Source: Eledone cirrhosa (Eukaryota). From it: 64,000 bases of DNA. The stretch spans positions 74,338,001 to 74,402,000 of the forward strand of contig OZ024740.1 in NCBI GenBank assembly GCA_964016885.1. The letters are read 5' to 3'. The translations under genes were made by a program, and so were the position numbers. Shown here one piece after another: positions 11,480-22,388 of this stretch. Within the stretch, counting starts at the first letter, position 1. Every line of letters begins with the position of its first letter. Under the pieces are notes generated by a model. That model was given only the letters and a program-made list of their open reading frames with translations, did not search any database and was not told the origin of the DNA.

Positions 11480-11746
11480 CATAAGAAACGGAGAGTCAGT
11501 GGTGCGACAAATAAGATTTATTAGACATATTACAATCATGTCTCTGTTGACCAGTTCGAGGCCCGATCGATGCAATGATCAAACCTGACTCTGAAATCAT
11601 AAGATCCTCAGAAATGTCTCAATTCTATGAAGCAGAGTCAGGTTTGATCATTGCATCGATCGTGCCTCGAGCTGGTCGCCAGAAAAACGATTGTAATATG
11701 TCTAATAAATCTTATTTGTCGCAACACTGATTCTCCATTTCTTATG
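11480..11746. repeat. Imperfect fold-back, arms about 114 bp (11480-11593, 11633-11746), between TA-rich microsatellites
   Basis: CATAAGAAACGGAGAGTCAGTGGTGCGACAAATAAGATTTATTAGACATATTACAATC... is mirrored by ...GATTGTAATATGTCTAATAAATCTTATTTGTCGCAACACTGATTCTCCATTTCTTATG. Confidence 0.9.
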
Positions 11747-11884
11747 CGATATATATATATATAATATATATATACATAAATATATATATACATAATATAT
11801 ATATATACATATATACATACATAATATATATATATACATATATATATACATACATAATATATATATATACATATATATATCTGC

Positions 11885-14800
11885 TCCCACCTAGTCCCCC
11901 CCCCGCCTCATATGATGCTGGTTCTCTCTCAATCTCTTCCTCTCTCTCCAAATATAAAATAAATCTTTTGCAAGTACGAAACTCAGAATTCGTCAACCCC
12001 TTTTCAGACTAGGCTGCTCGCTCGGTGAAATGTAACGTACTAATGCTATTTCTTTACTTTTCTCTCCATTTTTTTCCCTGGTCCATTCATCTATCTGTAT
12101 CATTTCGCCCAGAATCCAATCTTTGCTTTTTCAATGCTATTCGATAATTCTATCGAATTGTTCAAAACAATCTTCTTGTATTTTTTAAATTCCCATAATT
12201 CTTCTCTTAATACTGTTATTAATACTTAATACTGCTTATTAAATTATGCCCAAAATTCGAGGATTTTATTTAAACCTTCTCGCTAACTACCCCATATCTC
12301 TCCTTAAGTTTAGACCTGGTTGCCTTTCGATATGATGGATGGACTACAGAATTCTGGAGAGTTTGAAAAAGAAAAAATCTGGACACTCAGTGACAATGCC
12401 AAAGATAAAGACAAATTTACCTCATGCTGCCGGACGAGAATGCAAGGACTCCTCCTCTTTATTTCGGCCGCGGATGGCTAACATAACCCCATCTCCCTCA
12501 CACTCCCCTCCCTGCGCCCCACTGTTCCCACCCACCAAACGCAATCCAAAACTTCAGAATTGGTACCATGAATGTAGGCACCTTAAAAGGTCGGTCTAAT
12601 GAGGTTGTAGAAATGCTTGAACATAAGGAGGTCGATGTTTGCTGTATTCAAGAGATGAGGTGGATGGGTTGGTCTGCTAGATTCATTGTGGGTAAAGAAC
12701 GATGCTATAAGCTTATCTGGATGGGAAATGACAACGGGCTGGGTGGAGTAGGATTCATGGTAGCAGAAAAATGGGCAGATAAGATAATAGACGTAAATAG
12801 AGTGAACGAACAGAATAATTAAAATAAGACTTGTCCTCAATAGAACTACTGTGACAATAATATCTGCATATGCACCACAATCCGGACTGCCTGGCATTAT
12901 AAAAGACAAATTCTATGAGACGTTAATGCTCACTACCTCCCAAATAACTGACAGTGACTACATAGTTATCGCTGGCGACCTAAATGGTCACGTTGGACAA
13001 CATAGTGACGGCTATGACAGAATCCATGGAGGCTATGGGTTTGGTACTAGAAATGAGGAAGGCTCCAGAATCCTGGAATTCTGTGTTCGCAAATAATCTA
13101 ACTATCTGTAACACAAACTTCAAAAAACGAGACAATCACTTGATCACCTATAGATCAGGGGAACACACCAGTCAGTTAGATTACCAGAAGACGTGATAGA
13201 GTGTCTGTTCTAAACACTAAATCCCTTCCTCATGAAGAATGCACCTCCCAACATATCCTCATAGCTAGCGACCTCATAGTCAGGACAAGACGTATTCCAC
13301 AACAGAGGAGGACTATCCTTAGGAGAAAAATATGAAAGTTAAAGGACCCCACAGCCAGTAATAAATTTAAAAGCATATTACTTGATGCTTTTGACAGTAA
13401 GGAAGAGCAATTAGAGTCGTACAATATAGAGGAACAGTGGAATTTTTGAAAGCTAACCTGCTGAAGGTGACAGATGAAATCTGTGGCTGGAGCAGACCTA
13501 TAGGCAGGAGGAGAGTAACTTGGTGGTGGAACAGTAAGGTGGAGGAGTTGATCAAGGCCAAAAAGCAGGCTTGGAAAGTATGGCGGGATGGGGGAAGTAG
13601 AGAAGACTATCAAGTGGCCAAGAGGGAAGCTAGGAGACAAGTGTACTTCGCAAGAAGGGAAGCAGAGGAAAGAAAGTTCAAGCATGTTCTACAACGCGAG
13701 GACCAAAAACGCGAGGTGTTCAAGATTGCTAGACAATGTGTCAAGGAGAACCGTGATATTGTCGGGGAGAAGTGTGTCCGTAATGATGATGGTGTACTTG
13801 CCATCACTGACGCTGATAAGAAGGTAGCTTGGAAGTGTCACTACGAAAGGCTACTAAATGAGGAGAATAAATGGGAGAAAGACAGTCTTCCCCACATCGA
13901 TCCAATAGAGGGACCAGCAGTGCAAGTTGAAGATAGTATAATAAGTAAGGCAATCAAAGATATGAAGACGGGCAAGGCGGCTGGGCCTTCGGAAATAGTG
14001 GCTGAAATGCTGAAAGCATCTGGAACGGAGGGACACACTATGGTCACCCGGATAGTAAACCAAGTTATACAGAATGGGGTCGTACCAAAGGACTGGCGTA
14101 GCAGCATCATCATTAACTGCTACAAGGGTAAAGAAGATGCCATAGCGCAACTAATCAGAGAGAGAATTGATCTAGATGAAATCAGTTTGGGTTTGTATTA
14201 GCTAAAAGTACCACAGACGCTCTTTTCATTGTACGACAACTACAGAAGTACCTAGCTAAAATTAAACCCCCTCTACTTAGCTTTTGTAGACCTGCAGAAA
14301 GCATTTCACAGAGTCCCTCGCTCCATTATCTGGAGGGCTCTTAGAAAACTAGGTGTAGATGAATGGCTTGTGAGAGCTATACAAGCCAAGTATAAAGAAA
14401 CAGTCAGTAAGGTTAGAATTAACAATGAATATAGTGAAGAGTTTAGCGTAAAAGTTGGTGTTCATCAGGGCTCCGTCCTTAGCCCCCTCCTATTTATTAT
14501 TGCCCTTCAGGCTATAACAGAGGAGTTCAAGACTGGCTGCCCATGGGAACTCCTATACGCAGATGATCTAACGCTCATAGCTGAATCAATGGCTGAACTA
14601 GAGAAGAAATTCCAAACAATGAAAGCATGGCCGAGAATCAAAAGGCCTTAAAATTAACCTGTCTAAGACTAAAGTTCTAGTTTGTAGGAAGGAAAATAGG
14701 GCACTGATCCCATCTGGGAAATGGCAATGCTCAGTGTGTAGGAAAGGAGTAGGCAGAAACTCCATTTTATGTCCCAAATGCAAAGTATGGGTGCATAAAA

Positions 14801-15899
14801 GATGTAGTGAGATCACAGGTAAGCTAACTAAGAATATAGATTTTATATGTGGCCGGTGCTCAGGTGCAATAAGTAGCAGCAAGTGCCCACAGAATACTAG
14901 CTCATTCCATTGCACAGATGGTTCTATAGAAATAGTGGCCACCTTCCGTTACCTGGGTGACAAAATCAGCAGTGGTGGAGGGTGATCTGAAAGTACAGTA
15001 GCTAGAGTCAGAACGGGATGGAAAAAGTTAAGAAAGCTTATACCACTATTGGCCGCTAAAGGTTTCTCTCTAAAAATGAAAGGCAGGCTGTATGATGCCT
15101 GCATACGAACAGTAATGTTACATGGCAGTGAGACTTGGGCATTGGGTGCAGAGGATATACGCAGACTGGAGAGGAACGAAGCTTGCATGCTTCGTTGGAT
15201 GTGTAATAGTAATATACGTGAACGGCAAAGCATAAATGAACTAAGGGAGAAATTAGGAATAAGAGGAATCAGATGTTGTTTACTCGAGAGAAGACTACGT
15301 TGGTATGGTCACGTGATGCGCATGAAAGATGACAGCTGTATAAAAAAGTGCAGGGCGATAAAAATAGATGGTAGCCACGGAGTAGGCAGACCCAGAAAAA
15401 CCTGGGACGACTTGATAAATTCTGACCTCACACACTTACACCTCTCCAAGACAATGTCACTGGACCGAGATCTTTGGTGCTACACAGTAATACAGAAGAC
15501 CCGCCTTGCCTAAGAACAAAGCGAAACCTACAGTCAGTAGGCACCTCTAACAAAAATACACCCCCGTCACACCACCCCCACCCGATCCACACCACTCCTT
15601 TCAATGTAAAGTTATGTTGGTACCACAACATCCAGTCCGAAATAAATGAGGTCGTGTAGGTGTCACGACAAAAAAAACACATAGTCCACACTGTAATGTG
15701 GCCGTGTAGGTACCACAGTAAAAACCTCCCAGTCCACACTGTAAACGTGGTTGGTGTTAAGAAGGGCATCCAGCCGTAGAAAACCCGCCAGACAGTCCTA
15801 TACGAACAAGACAACCAATCTTGCCTCAAGTGGGAAAATTCCCGTCCAAACCCATGCAAGCATGGAAGATGGACGTTAAACGATGATGATGATGATGAT
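11885..15899 (+). mobile_element. Near full-length RTE-clade LINE (APE endonuclease + RT), inactivated
   Basis: APE motifs GTMNVGTL, CIQE, SAYAPQ and AGDLNGH; RT GVHQG and LYADD; C-terminal GRPRKTW; 3' UTR and (GAT)n tail. The 5' UTR is shared with the copy at 50.3 kb. Many stops and frameshifts. Confidence 0.93.
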
Positions 15900-15905
15900 A
15901 CATAC

Positions 15906-15947
<42 letters not shown>

Positions 15948-16071
15948 GTAGGAGGTGAGTTTTATTGTAGTACAATAAAGCAATGCAGATATCGGATAAG
16001 AAGCACTCTACAGTTTGTAGGACTGGAGTATACATAATATAAGATCAAAAGATGGTTAAAGGAGTTCCATG

Positions 16072-16142
16072 TATTTTATTATGCGCATTTCAAAAACAAA
16101 CATCATCATGCAATAATATTTGTGTTTTCATCAGATAAAACA
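16072..16142 (-). ncRNA. Minimal type-I hammerhead ribozyme (left-arm copy)
   Basis: Exact mirror of 20287-20357. Confidence 0.85.
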
Positions 16143-18127
16143 GGAGAACATGATATGAAGGCTAAAAAACACTTGTGGATAGTGCAGTTTTAAATCAACA
16201 TATGAAAAGTGGTTTTAGATTGATGTGATATTGGGAAAAATATTTTATTTAGAGAGGGGGTGGGGTGGAAAGGATGAAAAAGGGGAGGAGATGAGAGGGA
16301 GAGATGGGTGATAGAGAGAAAGAGATAGTTTTTATAACTGAGAGAAGATATATTGTTTTACATAGAGAGGTTGAAAACCGTTGGAAGGTAATGTATAAAT
16401 TAAAAGAATTTGAAAATTAACGAAGGGAAGATATGTATGAGGAAAAAATATTTTATTTAGGGAGGGGGGTGGAAAGGATGAAAAAAAAAGGGGGAGGAGA
16501 TGAGAGTGAAGGTGGAGAGGGAGAGATGGGTGATAGAGAGAAAGAGATAGTTTTTATAACTGAGAAGAGATATATTGTTTTACATAGAGAGGTTGAGAAC
16601 CGTTGGAAGATAATGTATAAATTAAAAGAATCTGAAAATTAACGAAGGGAATTTATGTATGAAGATAGAGAGAAAAAATAGTAATTGTGGATGAATATTC
16701 TAACGTCAAAAAAAGTGTATGTTGATAAGTATTGTGGCAATTTCAAAATTAACGAAGAGAAAAAAAATTATTAAGGTTTGTGTGTAGAAGGATTTGAGAA
16801 AAATAATGTGAAGTTAAAGTTTGTATATTGAAGGAATTGATATGTGCGAATAAAGAGTTAATATGTATTAAGAATGAGTTCGTTGATGGGGAGAAAAAAA
16901 TAATAAATTAAGGATGAAATTGAGATTAAAAAGTTTTATGATAGAGAGAAAAAATAATAATAATTGCGGATGAATATTCTAACGTCAAAAAAACAAATGT
17001 ATATGTTATGAAGGATTTTACAAGGTGAAGATAGAAAGAGGGTAATGAGTAAACAAGTATTATAGAGTGTATAATGCCCTTTGAAGTAAGGTAGGAAGAT
17101 GGGTATATTTTAAAGAGGTGTATGTATATGTGCCTTTGAGAAAAGATTCTAAATTGATAAAGAATTGAATATTAACTGTATACTTTGTGAAAAGTCCTAT
17201 GGAATTTATGCAGGCAGATAGAAAACAAATCTGTACGTCTATTTATTATAGAATCTAGGTTAGAGATAATGGTAAATTTTTCATTTAGGCAGAGATTACA
17301 GATTTTAGATAGAGAGCTGTTCAAGTATGAGGATGCAGAAGAAACCTTCTTCCAAAAGATGGTATATTTAATGTTTTTGTCTTTCAAGGACCATATGAGT
17401 TCTGAGAGAGCCGTGTTGGTTCTTTTAAGTTTGTATTTGAAAGATGAATGATGATTGTAGAGACGAGCTTTAAAAGAGGTGGAAGTGGAGCCAAAATAGG
17501 TGAAGGAATTGGTGCTAGTTATAACTTTACATTCATAAATTAAGTTTTTATCGAGACAATGGTTGTTGAGAGGACATTTATTTTTAATGCGGCAGTTGCA
17601 ATTAGAGAGATTATTAATGAGTGACCTAGTGTTATCTATAGAAGGAATTGGATTGGAGAAGTTGTTTGCGATAGGAATAATAGGAATAATAGTTTCTTGA
17701 TTTAAAGTTGGATTATGAACATTTAGCGAAGTTGTGTTTGACGTTGTATTTGGGTTTACAGAAGTTAGCCTAGGGTTTACAATGACGTCGGGAGTACTAT
17801 TACTGTTATTATGAAATTCAATGTTGGAAGGAAGAGATTTAGTATTTAGTATTTTATTGTTGTTTAGAGATGATGTTGGAAATATTGGAGGATGTAGAAT
17901 AAGAAAATTTGATGGTGTGTTTGTTAAATATTTTACTATAGATATGTGAGGGAGGGAAGCATTTATTTAAGGCACTAAAAAATAATTTAGGAATATTGTT
18001 ATTAATAGAGATGGAGAAAGGAGCATTATACCAGATTATGTTTTTGTATCTAGGTCTTTTATTAAAATTATTGGAATGATCATGATTAATTATTCTACTG
18101 TAAGTTTTTCTAGAATTTGTTTCTTTA

Positions 18128-19257
18128 AATTATGTTAACTTTAAATCTAACCATCCTACCAATATCAAGAATGCTATAGTTAGTAATATTGGAAAAAGAA
18201 TATCTAACATATCTTCTAATAAAAACATCTTTGATGCTAACGCCAATTACTATAATAACGCACTTTCTAAAGCCGGCTATCCAGATAAAATCAAATATAG
18301 TAAAGAAACAAATTCTAGAAAAACTTACAGTAGAATAATTAATCATGATCATTCCAATAATTTTAATAAAAGACCTAGATACAAAAACATAATCTGGTAT
18401 AATGCTCCTTTCTCCATCTCTATTAATAACAATATTCCTAAATTATTTTTTAGTGCCTTAAATAAATGCTTCCCTCCCTCACATATCTATAGTAAAATAT
18501 TTAACAAACACACCATCAAATTTTCTTATTCTGCATCCTCCAATATTTCCAACATCATCTCTAAACACAACAATAAAATACTAAATACTAAATCTCTTCC
18601 TTCCAACATTGAATTTCATAATAACAGTAATAGTACTCCCGACGTCATTGTAAACCCTAGGCTAACTTCTGTAAACCCAAATACAACGTCAAACACAACT
18701 TCGCTAAATGTTGTAATCCAACTCTAAATCAAGAAACTATTATTCCTATTATTCCTATCGCAAACAACTTCTCCAATCCAATTCCTTCTATAGATAACAC
18801 TAGGTCACTCATTAATAATCTCTCTAATTGCAACTGCCGCATTAAAAATAAATGTCCTCTCAACAACCATTGTCTCGATAAAAACTTAATTTATGAATGT
18901 AAAGTTATAACTAGCACCAATTCCTTCACCTATTTTGGCTCCACTTCCACCTCTTTTAAAGCTCGTCTCTACAATCATCATTCATCTTTCAAATACAAAC
19001 TTAAAAGAACCAACACGGCTCTCTCAGAACTCATATGGTCCTTGAAAGACAAAAATATTAAATATACCATCTTTTGGAAGAAGGTTTCTTCTGCATCCTC
19101 ATACTTGAACAGCTCTCTATCTAAAATCTGTAATCTCTGCCTAAATGAAAAATTTACCATTATCTCTAACCTAGATTCTATAATAAATAGACGTACAGAT
19201 TTGTTTTCTATCTGCCTGCATAAATTCCATAGGACTTTTCACAAAGTATACAGTTAA
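18128..19257 (+). pseudogene. PLE ORF 3' part: RT thumb, linker and GIY-YIG endonuclease, with one frameshift near 18712
   Basis: NYVNFKSNHPTNIK...KRISNISS...ALSKAGY; NIIWYNAPFS...CFPPSHIYSKIFN; linker CNCRIKNKCPLNNHC (CxCx5Cx5C); LIYECKV...TYFGST...FKARLYNH; C-terminal CNLCLNEK. Confidence 0.9.
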
Positions 19258-20286
19258 TATTCAATTCTTTATCAATTTAGAATCTTTTCTCAAAGGCACA
19301 TATACATACACCTCTTTAAAATATACCCATCTTCCTACCTTACTTCAAAAGGCATTATACACTCTATAATACTTGTTTACTCATTACCCTCTTTCTATCT
19401 TCACCTTGTAAAATCCTTCATAACATATACATTTGTTTTTTTGACGTTAGAATATTCATCCGCAATTATTATTATTTTTTCTCTCTATCATAAAACTTTT
19501 TAATCTCAATTTCATCCTTAATTTATTATTTTTTTCTCCCCATCAACGAACTCATTCTTAATACATATTAACTCTTTATTCGCACATATCAATTCCTTCA
19601 ATATACAAACTTTAACTTCACATTATTTTTCTCAAATCCTTCTACACACAAACCTTAATAATTTTTTTTCTCTTCGTTAATTTTGAAATTGCCACAATAC
19701 TTATCAACATACACTTTTTTTGACGTTAGAATATTCATCCACAATTACTATTTTTTCTCTCTATCTTCATACATAAATTCCCTTCGTTAATTTTCAGATT
19801 CTTTTAATTTATACATTATCTTCCAACGGTTCTCAACCTCTCTATGTAAAACAATATATCTCTTCTCAGTTATAAAAACTATCTCTTTCTCTCTATCACC
19901 CATCTCTCCCTCTCCACCTTCACTCTCATCTCCTCCCCCTTTTTTTTTCATCCTTTCCACCCCCCTCCCTAAATAAAATATTTTTTCCTCATACATATCT
20001 TCCCTTCGTTAATTTTCAAATTCTTTTAATTTATACATTACCTTCCAACGGTTTTCAACCTCTCTATGTAAAACAATATATCTTCTCTCAGTTATAAAAA
20101 CTATCTCTTTCTCTCTATCACCCATCTCTCCCTCTCATCTCCTCCCCTTTTTCATCCTTTCCACCCCACCCCCTCTCTAAATAAAATATTTTTCCCAATA
20201 TCACATCAATCTAAAACCACTTTTCATATGTTGATTTAAAACTGCACTATCCACAAGTGTTTTTTAGCCTTCATATCATGTTCTCC

Positions 20287-20357
20287 TGTTTTATCTGATG
20301 AAAACACAAATATTATTGCATGATGATGTTTGTTTTTGAAATGCGCATAATAAAATA
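20287..20357 (+). ncRNA. Minimal type-I hammerhead ribozyme (right-arm copy)
   Basis: TGTTTTAT-CTGATGA-[16-bp stem II with one C.U mismatch, GCAT loop]-GAAA-TGCGCA-TA-ATAAAATA. Confidence 0.88.
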
Positions 20358-20446
20358 CATGGAACTCCTTTAACCATCTTTTGATCTTATATTATATATA
20401 TAATATATATATATACAATATATATATATATATATATATAATATAT

Positions 20447-20548
20447 ATCATCATCATCATCATCATCATCGTTTAGCGTCCATCTTCCACTCTAGCATGG
20501 GTCTGGACGGGAATTGTCCCACTTAAGGTAAGATTGGTTGTCTTGCTC
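20447..20548 (-). mobile_element. RTE 3' terminal fragment
   Basis: (CAT)n followed by the reverse complement of the RTE 3' UTR end seen at 15805-15899. Confidence 0.75.
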
Positions 20549-20549
20549 A

Positions 20550-21350
20550 GCATATTTTAAGCACTTTTCTCAGCATATTTTAAGCCTTTGGCTTTTTTTC
20601 AATAGCCTTAAATTTTCGTTCAAACCTTCGTAGATTGTGTAAACAAACTATGATGTCATATATTTTTCTACTTTTATAAATCATTCTAGCAATTTCCTTT
20701 ACTTACTTGTTGATATAAAATAATAATTAAATAGTATACCCCATTTTTAATAGAAATTTTTAATTTTTAATTTTGACATAGATAGACTATTTTTTTTTTT
20801 ATTGTATTTTATTTTATTTTAAAGACTTTTTATATTTATTTTAATTTAATTTAATTTTATTTTATTAATACATTTTTACACTTCTTAATCCAAGTTTTAG
20901 TATTTAAACCCAATATAAAATTATATACCCAGTTTCTATATTTTAGACCTCTAATATTTGAATACCATCTATAATATTCGCACCTCATCAATTTACTTTT
21001 TAGCCGTTATTTACAGCTGTTTTCATTTTGACAGCGTTCCTGATCAAAAGTCTCTCTCTTCCTTCTTTCTTTTTTCCTTTTTTTTTCTTTCTTTTCCTTT
21101 TTTTCCCTCTCTTCTATTTCTTTTTCCTCCTTCTTTCCTTTTCTTCTATTTTCCTATCTTTTTCTTACTCTTACATTTCTGTCATATGTATACTGTACAC
21201 TTTCTTGTTGACAAGTGTTTTTAGTCCTCATATCATGTTACCTTATTTTATCTGATGAGAACACAATTTTTGTCCCAGGATGATGTTTTCGAAATGCGCA
21301 TAATAAAATATAGGGAACTTTTTAACCATCTTTTAATTTCTTCTTTTATA
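20550..21350 (+). mobile_element. 3' end of a related PLE subfamily
   Basis: The terminal 160 bp resembles 20230-20395 (AAGTGTTTTTAG...ATATCATG, hammerhead, GGAACT...TTAACCATCTTTT). The 5' boundary is uncertain. Confidence 0.65.
21244..21310 (+). ncRNA. Minimal type-I hammerhead ribozyme
   Basis: TATTTTAT-CTGATGA-GAACAC...TGTTTTC-GAAA-TGCGCA-TA-ATAAAATA, with a perfect 8-bp stem I and a G10.1-C11.1 pair. Confidence 0.85.
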
Positions 21351-21356
21351 TATATA

Positions 21357-22036
21357 AGACTTACGTAGATTAGAGAGAAACGAAGCCTGCATGCTCCGAT
21401 GGATGTGTAACAGTAATATACGTGAACGACAAAGCATAAAGGAATTGAGAGAGAGACTGAGCATAAGAGGAATCAAATGCTGCGTGCAGGAGAGGCGGTT
21501 ACGCTGGTATGGACATGTGATGCGTATGAAGGATGACAGCTGCATAAAAAGGTGCAGAGCACTAGAAGTCGATGGAAACCGCGGAGTGGGGAGACCCAAG
21601 ATGACCTGGGATGAGGTGATAAAAGCCGACCTTACCCAACTACACCTCTCAAAGACAATGACACACGACCGTGACTTCTGGCGTCACGCAGTAATACAGG
21701 GTACCCGACCTCCCATGGGTACATGCTGAAGCATATAAACAATATGCCCCCACTCCCCCCACCGCAAGGTGGTCGTGGAGGTGCCACGGCAAAAAAGGAC
21801 CCAGCCCACACTGCAAAGTGGACATGTAGGCGCCACGAAAAAGCACCCAGCACTCACTGTAAATGAGGTTGGTGTTAGGAAGGGCATCCAGCTGTAGAAA
21901 TCAAGCCAGATCAGTTCCTGTATGAGCAAGGCATGGTCAGCCGACCAGACACTGCCCACAACAGGACAACCCGTCTAACTCATGCTAGTGTGGAAGAACG
22001 GACGTAAAACGGTGATGATGATGATGATGATGATGA
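21357..22036 (+). mobile_element. RTE 3' fragment with 3' UTR and (GAT)n tail
   Basis: ORF 21391-21729 (RRLRWYGHVMRM...GRPKMTW) and the GTTGGTGTTAGGAAGGGCATCCAGC 3' motif. Confidence 0.88.
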
Positions 22037-22388
22037 TATATATACATACATAATATATATATATACATACATAATATATATATATATACATAATATATAT
22101 ACATATACATAATATATATACATACATAAAATATATACATACATAATATATATATACATAATATATATACATATACATAATATATATATATATACATAAT
22201 ATATATACATACATAATATATATATATACATACATAATATATATACATACATAATATATATATACATACATAATATATATACATACATAATATATATACT
22301 TACATAATATATATACATACATAATATATATACATAATATATATATATACATACATAATATATATACATAATATATATAATATATATC
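22037..22388. repeat. TACATAA(TA)n minisatellite
   Basis: Repeated ATACATAATATATAT units; similar arrays at 11370-11445 and 11750-11880. Confidence 0.9.

Larger units (their letters stand above)
16034..20395. mobile_element. Penelope-like element (Hydra-clade-like) inserted as a 4.36-kb palindrome: arms 16034-18127 and 18301-20395, 173-bp spacer
   Basis: The arms are near-perfect reverse complements (mirror ORFs 17172-17387/19042-19257 and 16433-16642/19787-19996). The spacer continues the PLE reading frame, and each outer end has a hammerhead followed by TA-rich sequence. Confidence 0.93.

Noticed and set aside
11593-11700. Possible hammerhead in the 267-bp fold-back (TTGATCA...CGAACTGGTC / CGAGCTGGTC)
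   Set aside because: The core lacks CTGANGA and GAAA, and no stem I can be formed.
16433-16642. Mirror 69-aa ORFs (also 19787-19996)
   Set aside because: Purine-rich antisense of the PLE 3' UTR, duplicated only because of the palindrome.
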